Part shown: positions 40,791 to 53,126 of the stretch, piece by piece | How the letters are laid out: every line of letters starts with the position of its first letter | Numbering within the stretch: position 1 is the stretch's first letter | Source: Geosiphon pyriformis uo1 | Taxonomy: Eukaryota > Fungi > Glomeromycota | DNA length: 64,000 nucleotides | NCBI GenBank assembly: GCA_016748015.1 | Contig: JAAOMT010000289.1 | Span: forward strand, 693,639-757,638 | Reading direction: 5' to 3' | Translations under genes and position numbers: made by a program | The notes under the pieces: generated by a model | The model's database searches: none | Told to the model about the DNA's origin: nothing | What the model saw: the letters and a program-made list of their open reading frames with translations, nothing else

Positions 40791-43700
40791 TATAATCCTA
40801 TAAAGAACAACACCAAAAACAATTATCTAAAAGTGGCAGAATCAGAAATCATAGGAACAAATCATTTAGGATTCGCCAAATTCTTATTTCAACAGTACAG
40901 CCAACAATTAGACTTAACCAACAACTATTATCTAACAAAATCTGCTTTCAACTTTTATGTTAGCAAAAAAATCACAAACTGCCTAAGAGAAACAGTTGAC
41001 ATTGAATCAGCAAGAAAAAACTTCTATACAGAATTATTTCAACATACTAGCTTACCAAGAAACTACAGTTTTGTACCAATTATTAGAAAAATCAATCAAA
41101 CTATTGAAAGATATACACAACAACAATTTTTCATCACCTATGCAGATAAAGACAAAGGAAGATTGCAAACTCCAACAGTAACACCAAAACAAATACAACC
41201 ATCCAATTGGAAAAAAACCCAAGTTGAATTACCTACCAATCTATTATATCATTATATGCCTGGAAGTGCCATCAACATCTCATCAACAGATGCATCTACA
41301 TCAAATGCAACATCAATTTTTGGATACTTCCCATTTCAAAGTAAACAAAGAAAAGCAGAGTTATTGAACCATATGGTGATTACTTTGAAGAATTTAAATC
41401 ATGATTACCAACACCATCAAGATTCCGACCACCACTACCCCAACCAGATTTTGGAAACACAAGTCCCTAGGAGATTACAGAATCAGAAGAAGAAAAAGAA
41501 GAAAAAAAATTTGAGGATTAAGAATTTACTTATCAGAACCCGATCCCAGAAAACTCAGACATTAAAACCCTGAACTTTTAGACTCAGCAAAATCTAAATT
41601 TAGAAAATTTGGAAATTGAAACTCCAAATTTTCAAATGCAGCACGATCAGAACAATTGAAACCCCAATATTAATAATCAACAACACTTACCTCCAGTAAT
41701 TATAATCAATCCACCCCCAGCTCCACCAATCGACGAACAGCAACAACAGCCACCATAACAACAATTCCAACTAAACTTAAATCCAATGGCCTACGCTCCA
41801 ATAGCAAAACTCGAGAAATTCACTGGTAAAGAAGATGACATCCAAGTATGACTTAATGACATAAAAAAAGCCATAGCAGCTAATGAATAGAATGATGCCA
41901 GAGCCATACAAGCCATCCCATATTTTCTCCAGAATACTGCCAATTCATAGTACCAAAGCCTGGTTAACAAACTCCAAGATTTTAATGCATTCAAAATTAA
42001 GTTCTTAAAATACTTCAGCAACAATAACAGCATTAACAGACTAGCAAACACATTTACTACCATCAAACAAGAAGAAAATAAAGCAGTCACTACTTACTTA
42101 GAATACTGCTACAGGAATCTGCACCAGATTCAAGCTATTGATGCCAATTATTTCACAGTGGCCCAAATCCTAAATCAGTTTATTTGCGGATTATACAGTA
42201 GTATCCTGCAACATGTACATCCAATGCATTCTGTCAATCTGCAAGCAGCCATTACAAATGCCAGAGATTTTGAAGCCGCTAAACTCGAAGCTAATCATGT
42301 TCAAGCTGTTAATCTAATAATGAATGGATCATCTGAATTGAATTCCAAATTGAAACAATTTAGTGATTTCATCAATCAGAAATTAGAAGGATACTTAGCT
42401 GACAATTGTGCAATCTATTAACTACTACAAAAATGCAATAATTCTGGAAATGCGAATTGTTTTCAGAATCAGTTACATCCATCATTGTCGACCAATTAAC
42501 AGTGACAACAGAAAACATGTGTTTGCCACTATTGTGGTAAACAAGGACATCTACAAATTGATTGCCACTATTGCTTAAATAACCAACAATTGGAAAATCA
42601 ATATCGAAACTCCGATTGCCAGTTTTGAATTCCGAATAATCTACCAACTCAGAGCCATACTATCAGAATTACATATCTATAACGCAGCAGCCACTTTATC
42701 AACCACCAGTATATCAAGCACCAATCTATCAACTAACAACACTGACAATTTATCAGCCACGGTCACAACCCATTTATCAGTCACAGCCTCAGGTAATCTA
42801 TCAGTCCCAACAAATTCAAACACTACCACAGAACTTATCTCAAAATGGAACCCAAAGGCCGAGATTGATCCAACAAAACTGGAAATCATCAATGGTAGTT
42901 TACCAACCAATCCCCAGTTCTTCCACACAACCAGCAGGATCTCGACAATGTAATTCGAACACTGAGTACACCCAAAACCTGAATTCCCAGAACTATTTAA
43001 GTCTCCTAATTACTCCAAAAGACACCCAACGCAATAATCCAGAGACCAACCAACAATCAACACTTACCAGCAATATTCCATTAGCTACCATTACCAAGAA
43101 CAAATCACTGGATGCCATCTTCCCATTTGAACTCAAAAAACCATTGACCACGCCACTATTTAGTGAGCCACTCTGGAAAAAAAACTTATTATGGCCATGT
43201 ATACTGATGCCAAAGTTGATGGCCATTTCATCAAACTGATCCTAGACAGTGAATTAGCTGGCAGCATAATTACAAAACAACTTATGGACCAATTAGGTTG
43301 TTGAGTTGATTGTGCCACCAGCGCTTGAATTATAACTGCTGATGGAGCAACAAAAACTCCCATTGGTGAGATTGATGACTTCTCCATTGAAATCAACAGT
43401 ATCATGATTCTAATCAAAGTACTGGTTATGGAAGCCACTTAATACCAAGCACTCGTTGGTAATAATTGACTATCCAAAACCAATGCGTTGCTTGATTGGA
43501 ATACACAGCAGCTTCAAATTAGCCAAAACGGCTGACACACATGCGTACCAGCCATGTGTGGCCATTTTAAGACCATCAATTCGACAACACCACTTATTAA
43601 ATTCGAGGAAGAGGAGAAAAAACCTACCTGGGAAGCCTATCAAGTTTCTTGGGCTGACACCAAACACAATAAGCTGCTGCCAGTACCTTTGTGAGATGAC

Positions 43701-44769
43701 AACAACAAAAAAAAGCAGAGCAAAGAACTTACCTGGAAAGCCAATCAAGCCTAGGAAACTGACAACAACTAGGAAGAACAAATAAATTGGAAATAGAAAG
43801 AAGACAAAAAGAAAGAAAGAAAGAGGAAGGAAGAAAAACCAACAACTGACAGCAATTCCACTTATACTTCTTATACTATACTCCACCAATCCACTTATTG
43901 CCACCCAAAACTGGTATGCATCAATTGCGGCAAGAAATTGTCATCAATAGACACTTGTTGTGGTGATGATGAGGAGTACACTTTGACAACAAAATCCTAC
44001 TGCTGCCCATGTATCATTGAATGCTTTGAAAGCCCAAAATGAGTTGGAAAATGTGACAATAAACCATGCTTGGCTTGTGGAGAAACTCTTCTGAATGAAG
44101 AAATATGGAACAACATTTCTGGGCAAGGAGGAACATGCGATGAATTGTGTTAATACATGATTTTCATAAATGACTGAGTGAAAAAAAAAATGCCCATAAA
44201 CATTGTCTGGAGACAAACCATTAAATGTCTGGATGGATGTCCACATGATGATGATAAAATCTGGCAAATGACACTTGCCAAAATCAAAGAAGCGACACCA
44301 GAAGAGATAAAAACAATTAAAAATAACCCACCTAAACCTATAGAACTCAACTGGAACCCAGAACCAGTCATAAATCTCCTAGATCCAGAACAATTCTACA
44401 AACATTACCAAGAGCTAGCACCTATGAGAGAAGAGCAGAAGCAAATGCTTAGAAGAAATAAATACAAGACTATATAACTATTGTTTAATTCCCTGTAACT
44501 TTCAATACTGTAATGAGTGTAACCTCATTTACAATCCACCACCATGCATGATCTACACAATTCCAAAAGAAAACAAACCAATCAGCAGCTGCACATCAGA
44601 ATTGGAATCAGTTTTCAATTCCAATTCAAACTCTGACAACAATAACAACAAAAACACTGGTTTCAGCTCCATGCAATATGGCAATAAAAATATTAACTAT
44701 TCAAACTCTGATTCAAATCCCAAAATATACATGGTGCTTTCTGATCTCTCTAAGGAGCAGAAACTTAAA

Positions 44770-45190
44770 TGGTATAGTAATTATAATAAAGGTATCATGC
44801 CAGAACATGCACATGATACTGATGCAGAGTTTGATCTAAGATATCCAGGAAAAGAAGCCATCAAATTAGAACCACATTTGCACACTTGCATTGATCTGAA
44901 AATAGCACTGAAAATTCCAGTAACAACAATGGTTCAGTTAACATTTAGGAGTAGTCTAGCAAAAAAGAGAATCAACATTAGAGGAGAAATAATTGATACA
45001 GAATACATAGGAAATATTATTGTTATGCTACAAAATGATTCAGAAAAAGCATATACCATAGATCCAAATAAAAAGATAGCACAGGCAATATTTCTACCTC
45101 TGGTGAAAATAGCTTAACTAGTGTCAGTAGAAAACAGGGAAAAATTAGAGATTATTGCTAAAAGGATACAGGAATTCAGATCAACGAGTA
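44770..45190 (+). pseudogene. Retroelement dUTPase domain (element B)
   Basis: Five dUTPase motifs recognisable: DAEFDL, RSSLAKK, IIDTEYIGNI, KIAQAI, and relic RGIQGFGST. Confidence 0.88.
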
Positions 45191-45739
45191 AAATAGATAT
45201 ACCAATTAATATGACAGAGGAAAAAATTGTTGACAAAGAAGAAATTATCTCAACTCATTAAACAATTTCTATTCTGCCATATGACCAGTATATGTTAGCC
45301 ATAAAAAGGGAAGTAAAGAATCAAGCTTAATTGTTTGAAGCAGAAGCCACCATTTGTGAATCAGGGAAGATTGAACTTACCAATCTCTACATATCAGCCA
45401 AAAGCCCCAAAAACATCAAAATTTCCATCTATAATACAACTGGAAAGGTCATCAAAATACCAAAGAGAACCATCATTGGATATTTAACCACCAAAGTTGA
45501 GGATCAACCACCAAACCACATTCCAGATTTTCCATAGCTTTGCAGATATGTGAATATTACATTACAAACCATCTATGAAAGAAGTGAATGTTATCTGCTC
45601 CAACCAAAACAATTGAAACAGATAAACATGGGGAATCTAGATCCACTTCAACAGATGCAACTCAAAATATTACTCAACAATTTCAATGACATCTTTGCTA
45701 GCAAAAATGAATTTGGCCGAACCAACATTACCCAGCATT

Positions 45740-47019
45740 AAATCAAGACTGAAGATGTAATGTCAATTAAACAAAGAGCATACAGAATACCACCAGCTAG
45801 CCATGAGATCATTTGTCAAGAAATCAACTGGATGCTTAACAATGGGCTAATTCAGCCATCAATGAGTCCATGGTTGTCACCAGTAGTACTAGTCCATAAG
45901 AAGAATAGAAAAATCTATTTTTGTGTAGATTACCAAAAACTAAATAGAGTAACTAAAAGTGATAACTACCCAACTCCAAAGATCCAGGAATTATTTAACA
46001 CTTTTGGTGGAAATAAATGGTTCTTAACATTAGATCTAGATAGTAGATACTGGCAAGTACCCATGGATCCAGCCAACAAAGAAAAAACAGCATTTACCAC
46101 AAGAGAAAGAAATTTTGAGTTTGAAGTCATGCCATTTGGCTTGATAAATACTTCAGCCATATTCCAATGGCTTATGAAAATTGTTTATACCAGACTACTA
46201 TAGAAATTAGTAGTCATATACTTAGATAACACCAATGTGTTCTCAAAAACATTTGATGATCATCTGCATCATCTTCAACAAGTATTCGAAAGATTAAGAA
46301 GAGCTTGATTGAAACTAAATACAACCAAATGTTTCTTTGAAAAAACTGAACTCAAGTTTTTGGGACATGTAGTGAGCAAAAATGGAATCAAAACAGATCC
46401 AGACAAGATCAAAATAGTTAAGAACTTTCTAGTACCAGCCAACTTGCCAAAACTAAAGACATTTTTGGGATTTGCAGGCTACTATTGCTGCTTTATCAAG
46501 GATTTTTCTAAACTAGCTCAGCCACTTCACTATCTACAAACCAAAAATGTGAAGTATAAATGGACTGAAGCTCAACAAAAAGTATTTGACACATTAAAAA
46601 GAAAGCTTATTCAAGCTTCAGTATTGATGTATCCAAATCACAACAAACCATTCATTATTACTACTGATGCATCAGGTCAAGTATTGGGAGCAGTACTATT
46701 ACAGAAAAGACCAGATGGAAGAGAATATTCAATAGCTTACACCAGTAAAAGCTTAAGTCCAGCTGAGAAGAACTATAGAACTCCAGCACTAAAACACTTA
46801 GTTATCTATTGGGCTGTCATCAAATGGAAAGAATACTTGAACCAAAAGTTTAAAGTGTACACTGATCACAAAGGATTGACTTCAATCCAGAAACAAGAAT
46901 TTACAAATGATCATCATGCCAGATGAAAAATAGAACTTTCACCATTTAATTATATAGTACATAAAAAGAGAAAAGACAATGGAAATGCCAACAGATTGTC
47001 ACAAATGAGACAAATCTAA
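45740..47019 (+). pseudogene. RT-RNaseH of element B
   Basis: IQPSMSPWLSPVVLV, FCVDYQKLN, KTAFTT..FEFEVMPFGL, YLDN, FLGHVVS, TDAS, YTDHK, NANRLS. Confidence 0.93.
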
Positions 47020-47049
47020 AAACATTTCAACCCAAAAATATAACAAAAG

Positions 47050-48431
47050 ATGAATACACAAAAATACTAACAACTCCAGCATTATATAAATACTCAATTG
47101 TTCAAGAAAAAATTATCTCAAAAAGAACAAAACAATATAAAACAGCAATTAAAATATTTCATCAATCATCAAAATATACTTTACCAGAAAAACAGAAGAA
47201 ATCCAGACCAACCAACTAGAGTAATTACAAAATCAAAAAAAGAAACAATATTGTTTAACATGCATTTAGATCCAACAGCAAGACATTTTTATAAAAAAGC
47301 AACCATAGAAAGAACCAAAAAAAAATACTATTGGCTGTCAATGTATCCAGACATTATTCAATATGTTCAAAGTTGTAATGCTTGTCAAAGAAGAGGTGAA
47401 ACAAAACCCAGTGAACCATTAAGACCAATCAAAGTAAGACAACCATTTGATTACATTGGAATTAACTTAGTCAGACCATTAACAATTACCAATAGAGGCA
47501 ACAGATATATTGTAGTAGCTATAAACTATCTCACAAAATGGCCAGAAGCAAAAGCCATTCAAAAAACAGATGCAAAATTCATTGTTGAATTCATCCATTA
47601 AGATTTGATATGTCAACACAAATGTTCAAAGAACTACTATTAGATCAAGGAACTCATTTTGTGAATAGAACATTAACAGAATTAAGTCAGAGATTTGGAA
47701 TAAAAAGACCATTATCATTACTATATCATTCACAAACCAATGGACTAATTGAAAGATTCAATAGAACATTGTGTGAAGCAATTGCCAAAATTAGTCAAGA
47801 AAACCAAGATAAATGGGATTTGTTTATATTATCAGTATTATTTGCTTATCGGACAATAAGACAAGATACTACACAAACAACACTATTTGAATTGGTATAT
47901 GATAGAACAGCAACATTACCAGTTAAGATAAAGGTCAACACATATCCAACTGAACCAATAACAGAAGCTAATTTCCAAGAAACATTGTTGAAATGAACAT
48001 ATGACTTAATAGAAATACTAGAAAACAGATGATGAAAAACAGCTGACAACATTCAAAAGTCACAAAAAAAGCAAAAAAAATGACACAAAAACCAACTACC
48101 AAATAAACCAGTTGAATTCTAGATTAGAGACAAAGTACTATTACATTATACCAAAGCAAAAAAACAATAAAGTAGAAAATTTGACCTCAAATGGGACAGA
48201 TCATTTCACATAGAAGAAATTATAGGAAATAGAGCTTATAAATTAAGATAAAACAACAAAATCTTAGCCAAAGCAGCACATAGTGATCAACTGAAACCAT
48301 ATTACCAAATAACATTATCATTTACCAATAACATTCCACAACTGGGAGTACAAAGAATACTAGTTCAACCAGATGAGATTTCACAAGATCTGGAACCAAT
48401 CATAGTTATTAAACCAAACACAACAAATTAA
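47050..48431 (+). pseudogene. Integrase of element B
   Basis: H..HF..YYW..C..CQ zinc finger; IDYLTKWPEA-like, DQGTHF, QTNGLIERFNRTL. Confidence 0.92.
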
Positions 48432-48462
48432 ACAACCAAAAGAATATATAAAGACATAGTAT

Positions 48463-49122
48463 ATGCAACAAAAGCAACCAAGAAAAATAGAAATACCAGA
48501 TTATATCCACACTATAGCTCAACAATTGTTCCAGGCCTTAAGTGAACAACAGTTAGACATGGAAATTGTTATTAACAACCAAATAATTTGCTATCAAAAC
48601 ACCCAAAGAAAGACAAAAAATACACCATATTAGCGACTATCAAAGAATGATAAAAACTGGTCAGATAACATAATAGAAAAAGTAAAAAACACTTTTGGAA
48701 AAATACTTATTATGGCATCAACAGAAGAACTTACAAAAGAGAATTGGAAGCAATGGACAGAGCAACTTCTTATATCATACTGTTACTACCAGTTAGGTTG
48801 AAAGTTGAATATTCAGGAGTTGTATATCGACAAATCCAAGAGAATATTTAACCAAAACATAATACAACAAATTGAAGAATTTATCAGAAAGAAACCAAAT
48901 TCAATACTATATGTTAAAACAATATACCAACTACACAACATATTTCAGAACTATCCAGAAATACTGTTACACTCTGGCATGGAAACCATAACTATTAACC
49001 AATAGGGGAGAATGAACAATACACAAGTAAAAGACATGAAGAACAGAGTCAAACAAACAATACTTGAAAAAGAAGTATTAGAATTAATTCAAAATAAAGA
49101 TTTTGACAGAGTTCAATATTAA
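48463..49122 (+). pseudogene. Extra ORF3 (~219 codons, unknown function) between integrase and PPT of element B
   Basis: One frame from ATG 48463 to TAA 49122 with only transition-type internal stops. Homologous to 52477-53126 (-). Confidence 0.75.
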
Positions 49123-49135
49123 AAGAAAGAAATAA

Positions 49136-49997
49136 TGTTATTTATAAAAAGAAAACAGATATAAAAAATAGCAGACCAATAAAAAAATAGTATTTAGCAC
49201 ATGAGCACATTGCTCAGCAATATGGAGCAATGTTAGAAATCATGGCACATTGCTCAGTAATGTAAAGCAATATTAGAAAGCATGGCACATTGCTCAGCAA
49301 TGTGGAACAATGTTAGAAAATTAGGGCATATTGTTCAGCAATGTGAGCATTGCTCAAGAAATTAAAGCACATCGCTTAGAAATGTGAACAATCTCATAGA
49401 ACATCAATTATGTATATATAGTGGTAATGTTAAAAGTAAAAAGAACAGAATCCTTTAGTTAGAAATCTTTTATCTACAAATATTAAATAAATAAATTATT
49501 CATCATCCAAATTCACTCTTTACTATCAACACTTCATGTTGATAGTAATTGATACTTAACCACACTAAAACAATAGCTCTTGATCATAGCTATTAATGAG
49601 ATACTAACTTGTATATCACCTTGGCTTATTTCTTTATTTTCTTTTATTTCTTTCTTTTTTTGATTTTTATTGTTGAATACTAACTGATTAAGAATTAAAG
49701 CACTGAGTAATTAATGTTATGGATAGCCTGGTAAAAGACCCAGAAATAAGGATAAAATTATATATATATTAACAGATAGCTTATCAGAAGGGCACAACTG
49801 CCAGAATAAACTGGCCACCAAGCTAAAGACAGAAATTGGAAACACAACTCACCAACCAACTACATCATTATTGAATCTCTGTTCATTATACAAAGAACTC
49901 CACAACAAAATCTTCAGATAAAACAACATTATATCAATTGAGCACCAAGTTACGGGTTTGTTATTTGATTTGAGACCCCAAATAATCATCTGTAATA
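49136..49997 (+). repeat. 3' LTR of element B
   Basis: Preceded by a purine tract and followed by TSD CAGT. More U3 repeat units than the 5' LTR. Confidence 0.93.
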
Positions 49998-51597
49998 CAG
50001 TAGAACAACTATTATTAGTCTGCCCTACAGCAGCAATATCAACAATCTTTACCAATCCAACAGTATCAACAGCTACCTACACAACAATACCAAGTACCAG
50101 CCCAAAGATTGGTTCAACATAACCAATTTACATCTCAAAATTAATTTCAGAATAACAAAATCAACCCAAATAACCAGTTGGTTCTCTGAAATTCTGGTCA
50201 GCAAAGACCCAATCATTATTACACTCAATTCAGTTATCTTACAATGCCTAAAGGATCAGATTTTCAACAAACTGCACTTTCTGAAAGTAAAGTTACAGCA
50301 CCAAGATCAAACCCTTCCAATAATACTATTCTACCAGCCCAAATTACACAAAATGCCAACTTTTCAGATATATTCCCATTCGAATTTAAAGCAAATAAAT
50401 CACCATTCTTGCTTAGCAATGTAGCAGTTAATGAGCAAAAAGTTATTACTGCCATGTATACTAAAGCTACAGTAGAAAAAAAGTCTATCTGATTAATTCT
50501 AGACAATAGATCCACTGGAAGTATTATTACCTACTAATTAATACAACAACTCAATCAAAATATTAACAGACCAGCCCAAACAGTAATTGCTATAACAGAT
50601 AGTATAAAAAAGACACCAGTAAAAGAAATTGACAACTTCCTATTTACCATTAATGAAATTACTATTCCAGTCAAAGTTTTAGTTATGGATGCACTCTAAT
50701 ACCAAGTTATTGTTGGAAATGATTGGCTTTTCAAGGCCAATGCAAATTTAAATTGGGAAACCCAGGAATTGAAGATTTCATACCAAGGACAATACACCAA
50801 AGTACCTGCTATTTGTGGTACTTTTAATAAAAAATATAAAAAAGTTCCAGTATTTGAATTTAAAGAGGAAAAAGAACTACCAGTTATTGAAATCTTTATG
50901 GCTCTTAGATCACCATCCAATTGAACTGAAAAAACAGAACAAGAAATCTTTAAAGAAACCAGAGGATAGAATGTAGTTAGATATTCCACACCAGAACCAC
51001 AGAAACAACCATCTTACATCCCACTCAAATATAAAGATTGCAACAAAAAACTTTCATCTATGGGAGCCTGTATTTCTCCAAAAGAGGAATATAAAACTCG
51101 CACCTGTTACTTCTGCAAAGCATGCCATAGAGAACGATTTGAATTCCCAAAAAGAAGTGGAAAATAGGACAATACACCTTGCCTTATATGTGGAAATATG
51201 CTATCTGAAGAATACAACTGGATTGATGTTGTAATAAGGAAAGGAGTATGTAATCAAACTTGCCAATATGCTCTATCAATTTCAGAAAAAGTGAAAAGAA
51301 GAATCCTATTCAATGCAGCATACAACAGTGCTTTCAACAAATTGTATTACTATTCTTATGATGCTGAAATGATTTTTGACTTAACAATAATATTAATCAA
51401 TAGAGCCACCCAAGAAGATGTCTACCAAATGAAAGAAGCTGAATACATTGAGTATACTATGAAATTAGCTAGATTTGATTATGAAGATAAAGTAGAAACC
51501 TACAACCAAATTGCAAATTATACATATCCAACCAAAGAAGCTCAAATTCAATGATTAGAGCAAATAAATATTCAATTATGTGAAAAATGTGTTATGC

Positions 51598-52463
51598 TGT
51601 TACTGGTAATTATTTAGAGTCTTAGATTAAATAACAAACCTATAACTTGGTGCTCAAAAGCTACTCGCATTATTGATAATATCTTTAAATGATTGGTATC
51701 TGAAGGTTTTTCCAAATGAGTTCTTTGTATAATAGACAGAAATTCAATAATTGTTTTATCCATAGCTTCTCAGACTTGCAAGTCTGTCAATTCTTTTCTC
51801 GGCTTGGTGGCTGGCAATCCTCTGGTAAGTAATCTGTATCTTCTGTATATGTTCTACCCACTTGCAGAGGTCTTTTATCAGGCAATCTTTGACGTCAGTA
51901 ATCAGCACTTTTAATTAACCAATTAGTACACAACAATCAAATCAAATAAAATAAATAAAATAAAATAAAATAAAATAAAATAAAAATAAAGAAAGAAAAG
52001 AAATAAGTCAAGACAATTTGCAAGTTAGTATTCTATCAATAGCCATAATCAAGAGCTATTGTTCCAGTATAGTTAAGTATCAATTTCTATCAATATGGAG
52101 TGTTGATAGTGGAATTAGGTTTGAGGTACCAAATAGTTATTTATTATGTTTGGAAAATTGTTTTGAAAATCTAAACTTGAAGGTCTCCCTTTTTAGCTTT
52201 TAATATTACTGCTATATATACATAATTGAAATTCTTCAATTTCTTGATTCTTCACAACAGAAATTCTGGAATTTTTGGAATTCTGCAATTTCTTTGAGAG
52301 GAATCCTGGAATTTTGGAATCCTGTGATTCCTCATCGGAGAATCCTGAAATTCCTAAAATTCTGCAATTCTTGAAAAAAATCCTGGAATTCCATATTTAC
52401 TACATCTACTTCTGATTGGTTAATAATCATGCTAATATTTTTTCTATATTTCTATAAATAACA
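51598..52463 (-). repeat. 3' LTR of element C
   Basis: Aligns end to end with 61895-62749. Confidence 0.93.
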
Positions 52464-52476
52464 TTATTTTTTCCTT

Positions 52477-53126
52477 TTAATATTGAGCTCTGTCGAAATC
52501 CAACTCATTTAATTCACCCTCTTGAAGTATTTTCTGAATTTCATTTTTGAGAATTACTTGTATTATTTGAGTTTGTAATTCCTCAAATTGAGCATTGGTG
52601 ATCTTTCCCAATTGATTACTGGTAACTGTATCCATTGTTTTGTTGAGTAAGATTTCTGGTCGATTTTGAAATACTGAGTGTATTCAGTATATAGCTCAAG
52701 CTTGTGTGGATAAGTTGTTTTTCCCCACAAAATGTTTTAATTGTTGTAGTATTGTTGTGTTAAATAACTGCTTTGTTTTATCCGTATATAAGTTCTGTAT
52801 ATTCATGTGTTGTTCTAAGTAAAAATAACAATAGTTTCTTGGAAATTGTTGTATCCACCAATTCCAAGTTTCCTTAGTCAACTCTTGATATATTGACTCT
52901 TTTGTCAATTCTTTTATTGCCAATTTTATTTTTGTAATGATTTTGTTGACAGTATTTTCTGGTTTCTTCTGTTTTTTGTGTTACAATGTTTTTCTAATAT
53001 CTTGATATTGAATGGTTTGTTGATTGATTGTAATCTCCATTTCTTGGTGTTGAATCAATGAAAAAGTTGTTGTGCTAGTGAGTGAATGTTGTCTGTAATT
53101 TCCATTTTTCTGATATTTCCTGTCAT
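52477..53126 (-). pseudogene. Extra ORF3 of element C
   Basis: MEITDNIHSLAQQLF..ELTKETWNWWIQQFPRNYCYF..NIQNLYTDK..IHSVFQNRPEILL..DFDRAQY*; aligns with B ORF3. Confidence 0.75.

Larger units (their letters stand above)
40014..49997 (+). mobile_element. Full-length dUTPase-bearing Ty3/Gypsy element B (TSD CAGT), mutationally inactivated
   Basis: LTRs 40014-40771 and 49136-49997, PBS 40774, PPT ~49121-49135. Order is Gag-PR(ILDS)-Cys-rich-dUTPase-RT(YLDN)-RH-IN(HHCC, DDE, GPF-like)-ORF3. Confidence 0.95.

Noticed and set aside
48463-49122. ORF3 as an envelope gene
   Set aside because: Too short, with no signal peptide or transmembrane segment visible.
49195-49400. CRISPR-like array of palindromic repeats
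   Set aside because: Eukaryotic LTR U3 tandem repeats. Spacers are not unique and there are no cas genes.
49520-49615. Hammerhead ribozyme in the LTR
   Set aside because: GAAAC plus a stem is present in some copies, but the CUGAUGA core and NUH cleavage triplet are missing.
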